The notes: generated by a model from the sequence alone, not told the origin. Counted from the first letter of the stretch, positions 1 through 11,300 are shown. The stretch: 23,054 nt of DNA from Paraphysomonas bandaiensis (GCA_965644295.1 CBFFRP010000543.1:1-23054), one strand, 5' to 3'. Made by a program: numbers and translations.

Positions 1-397
1 TGGTGGAGGTCCGCAGCGATTCTAACGTGCAAATTGATCGTCGAACTTGGGTATAGGGGCGAAAGACTAATCGAACCATCTAGTAGCTGGTTCCTCCCGA
101 AATTTCCCTCAGGATAGCTGCAACCGACCAGTTTTATCAGGTAAAGCGAATGATTAGAGGCCTCAGGGGTGGAACGTCCTTGACCTATTCTCAAACTTTA
201 AATGGGTAAGAACCCGGGGTTTCTTAATTGAACCTTGCGGTCGAATGACGGTTGCTAGTGGGCCAATCTGGGTAAGCTAGATTGGCGATGCGGGATGAAC
301 CGAACGTCGAGTTAAAGTGCCAAAGTATTCGCTCACCTAGATCCCACAAAAGGTGTTGGTTCATTAAGACAGCAGGACGGTGGCCATGGAAGTCGGA

Positions 398-433
<36 letters not shown>

Positions 434-516
434 TGAACTAGCCCTGAAAATGGATGGCGCTTAAGCGGATCACTTATACTCGACCAACACGGCAAGTGCG
501 AGGCCGTGCTGGTAGG
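1..516 (+). rRNA. Eukaryotic LSU (25S/28S) rRNA, internal fragment; runs off the window at the 5' side and is truncated at ~516
   Basis: Conserved LSU blocks: GGGTATAGGGGCGAAAGACTAATCGAACCATCTAGTAGCTGGTTCC; LR5 primer-site-like CGAAATTTCCCTCAGGA (98-114); GGTAAAGCGAATGATTAGAGG; GACAGCAGGACGGTGGCCATGGAAGTCGG; CTCACCTGCCGAATGAACTAGCCCTGAAAATGGATGGCGC. Recognisable similarity ends after ...GGTAGG (516) and AT-rich non-rRNA sequence follows. Confidence 0.96.
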
Positions 517-1297
517 TGTCAACTTCTGTTACCTGATTCTAATGTATACGGTACAACTTGCAGTTGTAGAATACGTATATATTGTAGTTAGAACATATAG
601 TAACGTAATAACCGTGCAAGGGTCAATGGATAAGAACATCTGACCATACCTGATACCTGAAAGTTGTGTCCGTAAAAATCTAGAGAATATGTATGGTTTG
701 ACATGGTGATTGTTTACGCTAATTCGGTAATCGTGAGTTGAATCAGTTTGTAGTCCTAATCAATGTCAAAATTCACAGTGGTTGTAATTTGTCTTCGATA
801 CCGCAGTTTTATATTTGCTTAATCTGCATTCACCCTTAATTTCAACGTATGCAATATCAGCATGCAGTTCGGCAATGGCAGTCAAAGCGGGGCCTGGAAA
901 CCATTAATGGTAGTCCAGTTCCCGGCTATATTATCATTAACGGTTACCAGGCCCTGACTCAAAGTAAGACCCAGTATAATTATATTTATAGGTAAACGTT
1001 AAACTGTTAGAAATAGTCTCGCATGTTAAAATATTGCAAAGCACATCCTTTTAACAACTACATAATCTATCAATAAAAGTAAAGATATTCCAAGGTTCTA
1101 TGCAACTACCATAAGACCTACTTACTACTTACTATACATGTAAAGTCAACGTCCAACAGATGCTGTACATTCAAATGTTAAGAACGAATTTCTACAGCCT
1201 TGATAACCTTTACACAGGTGCCACAAGGGCATGCCACACCAATTTCGCTCTGTACAACAGAGACCCAACAATCCCAGCATATCATAGCCGCAACAAT

Positions 1298-4070
1298 TTA
1301 AGGGAGCTTTCCTGATAGTGAGTCTCCACGACCTACAATTCTCCTACTATCTCCCGTAGTTGGTCTTGGAGAATCATCTAATGGCCTCTCTGATCGTGTA
1401 TCACCACTACCTACACTTCTCCTACTATCTCCCGTAGTTGGTCTTGGAGAATCATCTAATGGCCTCTCTGATCGTGTATCACCACTACGTACACTTCTCC
1501 TACTATCTCCCGTTGTTGGTCTTGGAGAACCATCTAATGGCCTCTCTGATCGTGTATCACCACTACGTACGCTTCTCTTACTATCTCCCGTTGTTGGTCT
1601 TGGAGAATCATCTAATGGCCTCTCTGATCGTGTATCACCACTACGTACGCTTCCCCTACTATCTCCCGTAGTTGGTCTTGGAGAATCATCTAATGGCCTC
1701 TCTGATCGTGTATCGCCACTACCTACACTTCTCCTACTATCTCCCGTAGTTGGTCTTGGAGAATCATCTAATGGCCTCTCTGATCGTGTATCGCCACTAC
1801 GTACGCTTCCCCTACTATCTCCCGTTGTTGGTCTTGGAGAATCATCTAATGGCCTCTCTGATCGTGTATCACCACTACGTACGCTTCCCCTACTATCTCT
1901 CGTTGTTGGTCTTGGAGAATCATCTAATGGCCTCTCTGATCGTGTATCACCACTACCTACGCTTCCCCTACTATCTCCCGTTGTTGGTCTAGGAGAACCA
2001 TCTAATGGCCTCTCTGATCGTGTATCGCCACTACGTACGCTTCCCCTACTATCTCCCGTAGTTGGTCTTGGAGAATCATCTAATGGCCTCTCTGATCGTG
2101 TATCACCACTACCTACACTTCCCCTACTATCTCCCGTAGTTGGTCTTGGAGAATCATCTAATGGCCTCTCTGATCGCGTATCGCCACTACCTACACTTCC
2201 CCTACTATCTCCCGTAGTTGATCTTGGAGAATCATCTAATGGCCTCTCTGATCGTGAATCCCCACTACGTACGCTTCCCCTACTATCTCCCGTAGATGGT
2301 CTAGGAGAATCATCTAATGGTCTCTCTGATCGAGAGTCAACACTATGTGTGCTACCTTTATACGTCGATGTATAACTCTTGGATTTTGCAGATCCGCATG
2401 CTGATGAAGTGCTACTACAATGAGAACTTCGTGTACAAGGTCTCCGGGCAGATTTCGGAGGATCCGGTAAACTTATTTGAATGCCTTTCTTTTCGGCCAA
2501 TTCTGTAGTTAGATTTGACAAAGATGTATCGTTCAAATCATTTGTTCGCTTAAGCTCCTGCATTCTTTCTTGAATATACAATAAACAGTCACTCAGCTGT
2601 TCTTTGTGTATTTTACTGTTTTCATCCACCGCACGTTGCAACACCGCTGCTTCAGCTCGATGTCTTTGCGCTACCTGCTCTTGTAGCTTCTGCATACTAT
2701 CTATTTTCTTTGTAATTTCTTGACGTAACATAGCCGAAAGTTGCTCAACTTTCACTTCTGATTTTAGACGTTCAAAACGTTTGTACTCATCATTTCCAAC
2801 AACCCTGTTGTCCAGCATTTTGAGTTGTTGAGTATTGCCTAGCATATAGGTATAGTATCTGTTTCCATTTGTTTTACTTGCCCTAAGAAAAGGATTTTCG
2901 CGGAAATCAACGTCATAAAGCGAGTATAGTGTGCGAATAACGGGATATATACTGTCTATATCACCTATGTTGTTATGATTCATGTGAAGGACAGTAAGAC
3001 GCCGTAGTCGAAGGAGTGGTGAAATATCCCCAATGCTACAGTGTCCACACTCAAGAACACTTAACTTTTTGGCACATTCCTACAATAATTGCATTGGCTG
3101 ATACAAGTAAGAATAACACAAAGGTACGTACTACTCCTGAGAGGCTCTTCAGCGGATTGAAACTAATATCCAAATTTGTAAGAGATTGGGGCAATGCACA
3201 TTTACCCTTTTCTTCTACGTTCGTAGATTGAGGCAATGACAAAATTTTATTACGCGATACATTGACCCACTTCAATGATGAACAAACACAGATTCCATCC
3301 AGAGTGCATATCATGTTGTCCTTGGCTACCAACCCCTTAATCGATAGTCACTCTTCCAGAAAAACTATTGTTATACATACCTTCAGATTAGGGCATTTTT
3401 CAAGGCCATCTAGAGTGAGAAGAAGGTTCGCCGAAAGATTCAAAAACAATAAGTTCGTCAGCTCTACTTTCTTTGGAAGTGTTACAGATGCATTTCGTAT
3501 TCGATTGCTCATCGCATCAATACAAACACCAGAAACTAAATGTTCATATTGGATTTGCTGTTGAAAACAAATTTTATCCACATACAATGAGAGAGAAGTA
3601 ATACTTACTGCCAGAGTGATGATCTGCTTAAACCTGGAATCTACATAGTACCTGTCTTCTTTCACATGACACGATATATAGTCCTGATACGGCTTCAACC
3701 AACTGTATTTCAGCTGCTGAAAATGTTTTTCCGCATCAATCACAAATAGAGATGTTTCGACAGGTTTCCATTGTGGCTGATATTCTCCATCATGATCAAG
3801 AAATGTTTTCCGGAACTCATCAGTACAATCTCTGAATATCTCCCGATATAACGGATCTATCTGAGGGGTCGATAACGGCTGATTTAATTTAATGAGAGGC
3901 GAAACAGAGCGCAGAGATGAGTCGACACTCTCTTCTCCATCAGACACACTCTCACGTGACACCGAACGACTCTTATCATCAGCATCACTATCAACAGAAG
4001 AGTCGACTTGTTCTGATTGTATGTCACGAGGAGACTCCTCTGATGGCTTCTTAGATGCGGCTCCTCCCAT
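1298..4070 (-). CDS. Leucine-rich-repeat (SDS22/U2A'-like LRR with LRR-cap) coiled-coil protein with a C-terminal 26-aa tandem repeat tail; predicted exons 4070-3381, 3335-3132, 3079-1298 (~891 aa)
   Basis: Splicing two phase-0 GT-AG introns joins ORFs 3348..4070, 3051..3332 and 1298..2983 into one continuous LRR register: LTNLLFLNLSANLLLTLDGLEKCPNLK|GLVAKDNMICTLDGI..SLKWVNVSRNKILSL..SLTNLDISFNPLKSLSGV|ECAKKLSVLECGHCSIGDISPLLRLRRLTVLHMNHNNIGDI..LYDVDFRENPF..YYTYMLGNTQQLKMLDNRVV (LRR-cap-like). A Q/E/K/L-rich helical segment and the repeats follow. N-terminus MGGAASKK fits the MGxxxS myristoylation consensus. Confidence 0.85.
1319..2332 (-). repeat. Coding minisatellite: 13 x 78 bp (26 aa, consensus RSERPLDDSPRPTTGDSRGSVRSGDT)
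   Basis: 13 units counted directly in the translation; only point substitutions, no indels. Confidence 0.97.
3080..3131 (-). other. Predicted spliceosomal intron 2 (52 nt) of the LRR gene
   Basis: Minus strand GTA|GTACGT...TTGTAG|GAA; T-rich; removal puts the middle exon in frame with ORF 1298..2983. Confidence 0.85.
3336..3380 (-). other. Predicted spliceosomal intron 1 (45 nt) of the LRR gene
   Basis: Minus strand AAG|GTATGT...TTAAG|GGG; contains the in-frame TGA that ends ORF 3348..4070; removal restores LRR periodicity. Confidence 0.8.
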
Positions 4071-4551
4071 ATGTATATCAGCACCTCATATGCAGCATAT
4101 ATATATACATGTGTGTGTATACGACCCCCTCTACTCCATACGGGTATAGCGTGAAACAAGGACGCAACTAGCTAGAGCGTTAACCGTGAAATAGCCCCAC
4201 TGTTGCAGTGACATCGGAGACAACAGCGCTGCATAATGAGGCAGAGGCACAGCGCTCATAGAGTAACGTTACGTGCAGCAGTACTGCTGCAGTGCTCTGT
4301 GTGTACAGCAGTATATGTGTCGTAGTACTCGTATCATAGTACTGTACTCTTCTGTTGTATGACTCTGCACAGTAAAATCCAATTTTTACGTAAAGTGTCG
4401 AAAGTGTAAAAACCGGAGATTTCTATACTTTTTTTATTCCTATTATCACAAATCCCTCCAATAGTTGTGGTATGTACAGCGACATCTCTGCAAAGCTCCT
4501 CTCTAGACAATGATGCATATATAGCCAGTACACTGCACAGCACCTGCGCTT
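4071..4551. promoter_or_regulatory. Putative bidirectional promoter between the divergent LRR and lipB genes
   Basis: 481 bp between head-to-head ATGs; perfect palindromes GTAACGTTAC (4263-4272) and TGCAGCAGTACTGCTGCA (4274-4291); short AT/GT dinucleotide runs near 4097-4120. Confidence 0.45.
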
Positions 4552-5301
4552 ATGAGACAACTATGCTCTGTGTTTGACCTTACGAAGAGCAAGGCATCAG
4601 ATTACCTGACTGTGTGGAAGTATCAGCGAGCGCTCGTAGAGCACATTCACAGGTCAAAAACGGGCCCTTCACCGTTTCCTGATTCCTTGATTCTAGTTCA
4701 GCACCCCTCAGTGTACACGCTGGGGAAAGGAGCAACACTTAATAATTTGAAGTTTGACGCTAAGAGCCCCTGTGCTGACCGGTCTGTGTACAGAGTATCA
4801 AGAGGAGGAGAGGTGACGTGGCATGGTCCTGGTCAGCTAGTAGCATATCCAATCATGGATCTTACGAGACACAAAAAAGACTTGCGATGGTATGTGAATA
4901 AGTTGGAAGATGTGGTTATATCAACGCTGAATGTGTATGGAATTAAATCCTCCCGGTCGCCAATAAATCCTGGAGTGTGGGTAGGTAATAACAAAATATG
5001 TGCTATTGGAATCACTGCAAGTCGATGGATAACCATGCATGGTATAGCTCTAAATATTACATGCGATTTGTCCCAGTACTCGTACATCGTTCCATGTGGC
5101 ATTTCTCCTGATGTCGGAGGGGTATGCTCTATGGACCAGTATTTGGATTCACCTGCTTCGATGAATTCGGTGTCCAAGACTTTACTGGAGTGCTATTCGG
5201 ATGAGTTCCAGGTAGACCTGGCACATGGCTCAGTGAAGCATCTCGATAACCTCCTAGATAGTTATGTTGATATTCGTAATGAAACACTTCCAAGAGTTTA
5301 A
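4552..5301 (+). CDS. lipB: Lipoyl(octanoyl) transferase / octanoyltransferase (LipB/LIP2)
   Basis: Family motifs QHPSVYTLG, RGGEVTWHGPGQLVAYPI, GVWVGNNKICAIG (catalytic Lys), ITMHGIALN, IVPCGI (catalytic Cys); 249 aa is typical. The true start is uncertain. Confidence 0.96.
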   Translation: MRQLCSVFDLTKSKASDYLTVWKYQRALVEHIHRSKTGPSPFPDSLILVQHPSVYTLGKGATLNNLKFDAKSPCADRSVYRVSRGGEVTWHGPGQLVAYPIMDLTRHKKDLRWYVNKLEDVVISTLNVYGIKSSRSPINPGVWVGNNKICAIGITASRWITMHGIALNITCDLSQYSYIVPCGISPDVGGVCSMDQYLDSPASMNSVSKTLLECYSDEFQVDLAHGSVKHLDNLLDSYVDIRNETLPRV

Positions 5302-6359
5302 GAATTGATCTGTCATAATGTGATAAATATCGTATTGGCTGTTGTCATAATAACAATTATACCTCATCCTTTCTTGAAGAAAAGTAACTTCAAGTCCTCC
5401 ATATACATAGCTTGAGAACATAGTTGTTTGGTGAGAATAATAATAATGATGTGCACCGATAATACTTCTGAGTTTTAATAAGCTATATTCTATAATATCT
5501 TAATCTGGTTTCCGAATGGCCAATTAAATACCCCGTTTGAAACTTCTTTACAGTCATTACATTGATCGGTCTCTCAGTGGCCTGGACATATGTTGAACCT
5601 GCTGGTCACCTGGAAAGCGCGTCCTCTATAGGTTCTGGTGGGTGACATTCTTACTATTTTTTATACAGTAATATATGCTTCGCACAGGAATGGTACCTAG
5701 CATTGCTGACATCATTTCGTCTAGTATTCTTTACTGAACGAATACGGCTATATCCACTGATATTTTGCGTATAATATTAGTAGCTTTAGTAGGAGGTCAT
5801 CATGAAGCCTGCCAGATATAGGCATAATATAGTTGATGTTGTTCTTCTTGACTTCTTGTATTCTCTAAGTTCTCAAGGTTTAGCTATTGCTGTAGTTGGA
5901 CGAATGGCTGAATATCTTCTAGTCTTACAATGGTTTAAGTACACCCGTCGAACATACAAATGACCCTACCCCTACATGTCTTATTAGTTGCATGTGTCAC
6001 TTGAAATCTCCCTTCGCCGAGTCGAAATTATCCAGGACATCTTATCAGCGCTGATGACAAATTCATTGAATTTATAGTTGAGTTCTCTACTCCTGCATCC
6101 AGGGATAGATACAAGTAATAAGGCCTACTCTGCCCTACACAGACATACGTGGCCAAATCAATGGGCATTCGATTTGGAGTCTTTAAGGTGAACAGCCCGG
6201 ATGTTTGACTTCAGCAGGCAGCCCAATATCCCGAATGCCCTTGAGGTGGGCCCATTCCCGGTTCCCGGATGCCCAAAGACGTCAAGGCCCAAAGACTGAT
6301 TAGTGTCCCTCGTACCACACAAGCATTTGGCAATGAGTGGCAGAACGTTAACTGTTGAC

Positions 6360-8070
6360 TATAATATAATATGCGGGTCACGATAGATTACCAGAGAAAT
6401 ATCACAGGCATTTATCCCCAGAATACCTCGAAAAGGTGCGAGTCTGACTTTGTTGAGGGAAGAACCTGTGCAGGTTTAAAGGAACTAGCTACACGAGTGA
6501 TGCGTTGGAAAATTCTTGCTCTATCCTACACGCAACACAGTACATACATGAAGTTTCAGTCATTGCTGATTTACAAGGTTCAATGCGTAATAAATCCTTA
6601 TCCCTTATCTATCCTATGTCTGCAACTTAAGTCTTCTCTCTTGCGGAATCAGAATCAGGCTTTTTCCCCAGGTGACAGATGTCCGTTATGCACTGCCTCG
6701 GAGGTGTGCGGATGAAGGCCTACTTGCAAATAATGGGACTTCAGGGGTCAAGCGTCGATTAGAATTTCGCCAACATCTAAGACGATACATGTTGGCTTCC
6801 GGGTACTTATGGGATTCGTCCAATGAGTTTCAAGCTCATTGTTAGTAGACGGTCAGCAAGCACGGTATCATCACTTGTCTGCCTTACATATTTACGACAT
6901 CTTCCCCACATTGGAAAATGATCTGGCCACTCTCAGAGGGTTTTCACCCTCCTACCCCAAACTCAGTAGAAGCACTCTTAACCCTAGAGAGGCTCTCTAG
7001 ACTCATTTAGTGCTGTACTCTGTGGAAAGGACAACTCAGTTCTTGGCTCATTCACCGTAATCTGTGCCCCATAGTCGGTGTCGATGACGAAGTACCTGAC
7101 ATGACTGAGTAGCAGAAGTTTTGTACCGCCTACATGCAAAATTATTGGTTAGTTTTAATTTATATAAATATATATCACTAACACGTATATGAGTTCTCCC
7201 CTCCGCCTGCTATCTCCCCGCAGTTACCAGTGCTCTACACACCACAATGAAACTCTTGCGCACCACCACTCTAGTGGTCGTGTACAGAAAACCATTATCC
7301 AAACAGAAGTAGGAATTCCTCCCCTGAGCGAGCTTAGGAGTCAGATTTTCACTCCTAAAAATACTTTTATTCCCTGTTGTTGAGCTCGCGCAAAAATATG
7401 GCCATGCTAGTTAACCTCAATAAGATTAAATCACAGTCTCTCTGTTATCAACTCATAAGAGTGGGATTCCAGAAGTTTTAAGCCATAAGCATGTGCGCGA
7501 AGTAAACATATCTTAATGTAAGTCCAATACCGATAGCTTCCAGTTTCATTGTACTGCATACAGGAGTCTGCTCTAGTACTTAGAATATCTCCAGTCACCT
7601 CCTCGACTGACTGCAGATAATTCCTGTCTCTGATAATAAATAAAAGGGCTGATACATGTATCATTTGCTTCAGGCACTTGTCGATGTTCTTATACTTGTT
7701 TCGAACAGCAATCGGCACATTGTCAGTAGTCCTCTCTGGCCACTCCGTGGCAGTAATAAATGTTTGTTTATTTAGCAATAGGCGTTCAAGAGTCAGAACC
7801 AGATTAGTAGCTAGATGAACAAGCAGTTATGCTAGATAATTACTAACTGGTTCAAACTCTAATATCCTATTATTTAAAGCTACGAGAACTGCTTGTGTGT
7901 CGCTGCAAGCACCAAGGTGCAACTATTCTGAATTGGAATCGGCTCTTTCGCTGTCTTAGCCAGAAGCAGAGACACATGAAAAAAATTAGCCACACCTCCA
8001 GGCTCAGGCGATTTCAATTTAATCACTACAAACCAGACCTTCCGTCTCTTCGCTCAGTTAATCACTTCAC
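6360..8070 (-). mobile_element. Possible highly degraded Ty1/copia LTR-retrotransposon pol relic
   Basis: Stop- and frameshift-ridden minus-strand peptides in copia order: RRKVWFVVIKLKS (~8050-8010, integrase-like); QYNETGSYRYWTY (~7555-7520, SH3-like); DNGFLYTTTRVVVRKSFIVVCRALVTAGR*QAEGRTHIRVSD (~7300-7175, resembles by recall a linker seen in protist copia polyproteins); VNEPRT followed ~30 codons later by VW (~7055-6955, pre-RT-like); TKSDSHLF..VIFL/LVIYRD (~6455-6375, near the expected YVDD position). No LTRs or TSD identified. Confidence 0.35.
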
Positions 8071-8393
8071 ATTGATCGTACAACCATCCACTATCACATA
8101 AAATATCGAATAGTTCCAAGGTATTTAAATTATGACCGCTACTTGACCAATGAACAATACAGCAGTGATGAACATTGTGTACATCACTTTCTGCTTTTTA
8201 AGCCTTTATCACATTATTATTAGAATTCTAGAGATATATTTACTGAAAATTTAACCGAACTACTATCGTTAAGCTACATGAACATTCATTCAATAGCCAC
8301 GGGTCAAACAATATACTACTTACGGTTACAAGTATATGAAAACTTAATACTGCGGTAAGCATTCTAAAAACTGCAATTCATTGTGAAGGGAAC

Positions 8394-11300
8394 TCATTCC
8401 CTTGATAACGAAAGGTGCTCCGAATATGATGTCTCTCCGAGTGCAACTGCATCACTTTCTCCTGACTCAGCAATTTCATAAGATTCAGCAACACAATTTA
8501 CGTCATTCACATCCACTCTTTCCGGTTCTTGACTTACATATGAGTCAAATAGTCCGTCCATGGGCTCCTCACATAAACTTCTGTCAAACTCCACTGGATC
8601 AAACTGAAATCCACTCAAATCGCGACCCAGTGGGTCGGTGTTATTCATACCACTCCATTGCACAACATCTTCAGAAATTTTATCTTTCGCCTGCCAACTC
8701 TCAGGCTCCATGTGAATAACGTTCTGGTTTCTCAACTCTTCTATGTCATATTCCGTACTATCTCTTCGTCTATTCGTTAACCGCATAAACCACTCAGATT
8801 TGGCAATGAAGAAGAAAAACACAGCAATAATAGCACAAACCAAGCAAAATGCAGCTAAAAGACCCGGTGATACCGCTACCAATACATAACATAGAAGCAA
8901 TACACAGCACCATATAATGGGGAGTGTGATATCAAGAACGGATTGTTGGACCACTTCATAACAACCATTCATCAAGGATGGTACGTATAGTGTAATAAAA
9001 GCTATGTAGCCTATATCCCATACACGCAATAGTCTTTGCAACCGACATATTGCAATATCACAATCATCCAATAAATTTAGAATACTGGATGATGCTAGAG
9101 CGGCCAGTTGAGTATATCTGCTCGCTCTACACGCCGCTGAAGTGTGCTGAACGATCTTAACATCATTCGAAGGTACAAATCCCTCTCTGAGCCTTGTGAG
9201 CATTACATGTCGTAAAACACGATAAACTTGTCTAATTTGAGGGCGTAGTTTATCCGTGACGACCACATTGATAAAGAATACTTGAAAGACTTCATTTAGC
9301 AAACAATCTGTTAAGATCACGATAACCAGGACCACACCCCATGCTTTCGCAACGGTACTACCATTTGTAAGTGACCAATTCATTGACCAGTAGGCCATAA
9401 ATACCCAGCAAGCGAGCAAGCCAAGCCACGTTCCCACCCATAAATTGCAGCTTACACGACCAGGAACAGAAGAATCCAGGTTAAACAAATCGCGCTTAAC
9501 AGCAAACCTACAAACAGGCGAAAGTTGTTCCATTAAAAACTCCTGAAGTAGAATCTGGTCCTGATAATCAGTTTGTCCCGGTGCAAGTTGATATTCGGAT
9601 GTTGTCTTATCAAGTACCCAACGGGCTTGTTTTCGTACATGGGAAATCTTGTGTGTCATTTTGTTAATAGGTCTACCATATCGCAGTTTCTCCCAGAACG
9701 AAAGCGATATTGGGGTACCATCAGCATGGACACCCATCCATCGCATTATCGCCCCCATAAGAGCCAACTGCTTACCACCTGTCGTGGCTTCCACTTCGCT
9801 TGATTCGCGCCACGGTATTGGCACATTCTCGAGGGTGGAATTAAAGAATTCTTTTGTAGCAGCAATTAGTACATTGACTTCCTCGTCAGGGTCAATAGTA
9901 TCACAATAAGCCAGTCTGTAAGGTGGTCTAACACTACCACCAGTAGAATGACCACTTTCAGTGTCCTCAATGCGAGTGATAACTACTTCATTAGATTCAC
10001 TAGATTTCCCACCAGTCATTGTGTTGGTAACACGATCTTGATTCTCCCAAACAGTGGGCTCAGGACTTAACAAGAATGAAGGTAAACCCCACTCTTCAAT
10101 GCGGGGGCGCTTTGCACACACATGTTCCAGAAGGAATTGTAAAAAACGCCGAAATGGCATACTAAAAACGATAACAATCATAGCAACTGATACAAGAAAT
10201 TCAATAGTGAAGGGGGGAGATTTCAAAGTACATTCAGGTACACCAGAATCCCACTCACACAACTTGTCACCAAGTCTGAACGACGACTTTTCATCTAAAC
10301 ACTCTTGTTGAGTGCGTAACTTCTCGCAAAGATTATCATCAGGGTAAAATACACTGAAAAATATAACGCACGCAAATACAATACTCAATACATCGCTACA
10401 TACGACGAAAAAGCGAATAACACGGGGTCTCTGCATGGATGGATACGTAAATATACGAGCCCACCGATGGTGACGCTTCATAGCCGTGCTAAATCGCGTC
10501 AACCAAGTGCTATTGGAAAGGAGAGAAGTCGGTGGAAATTGAGGACCAAGAGATGAAGGGGGCTGATTCCATGCGTCCTCATTTAAGTCAATATCATCAT
10601 GAAGCACAACGGCTCTCGCGTTTTCATCCTCGGAACGTCTATCCAGGTCATCGACTCCGCCAGTACCATTATTGGATAAACCAAGATCTCTTGGTACCAA
10701 TGTAACATCGGTACCTTCACCACGCTGATCAAACGCAGCAGTAAGATTAAACTTTAAGCTTTGTCTTTCAATACTTTGACTTCTCTTATAGATGAAGACA
10801 TTTCTGTCCATTAGATCCCAACAATGTAAAGCTACGACACCCATAAGCATCACAAATAGCAGAGCAGCAATGGTACTTAGACCAGAGACACTCTGCTTCG
10901 TGGAAATCTTTTCAGTACTTCGAGCACTCACAGACGGAACGACAGCCTCGGAGCGTATTGTGTAATACGTACCAGACATTACCTCAGATTGTAGGTGTCT
11001 TCCTGGGAAATTCGCAAAGTACTTTTCAGATAACGACCTCTTTGAAGTGGGAGTAGCAGAAGTAGGACAAAAGTACTCCAGAGCATTGCTACATGACAAC
11101 GACACATTCGTCGAGGTATTAGATGAGATGCTACAGGAATCGCACTCAACAAGTGTGCTATCGGAAACGTCATACTGGTAGCATACAGGGCGGCGATTTA
11201 ACGAATCAAACTCCGAAGAGTATACCATATTCACCGAATAGAATTCCGAATTCGCCGAAACGTCAATAATTTCAGGAGATTCAACAGTTGGAACGGTGGA

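Noticed and set aside
282-464. 60-aa ORF
   Set aside because: Lies wholly inside conserved LSU rRNA sequence.
517-710. Solo LTR (TGTCAA...TTGACA followed by TGG)
   Set aside because: Only 6-bp inverted ends, no target-site duplication, no second copy, and the PBS-like sequence matches no tRNA end I recognise; kept only as a hint.
1438-1992. Plus-strand repetitive ORFs (1438..1671, 1750..1992)
   Set aside because: Antisense shadows of the 78-bp coding repeat.
1319-2332. CRISPR-like regular array
   Set aside because: Units are fully repeated with no unique spacers, are a multiple of 3 and lie in frame in a eukaryotic CDS; no cas genes.
4833-5177. Minus-strand ORF overlapping lipB, and the many small ORFs nested in the giant CDS
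   Set aside because: Antisense or alternative-frame by-products of well-supported genes; several recur only because the host sequence is duplicated.
6271-6296. Direct repeat GCCCAAAGAC x2
   Set aside because: Short local duplication with no supporting structure.
6984-7000. Inverted repeat CTAGAGAG-G-CTCTCTAG
   Set aside because: 8-bp arms with a 1-nt spacer and no context; plausible by chance in 23 kb.
6371-8101. Short ORFs 6371..6715, 7189..7383, 7431..7778, 7895..8101 as real genes
   Set aside because: No recognisable intact domains and no convincing splice model; 7431..7778 may be a remnant of the putative retroelement.
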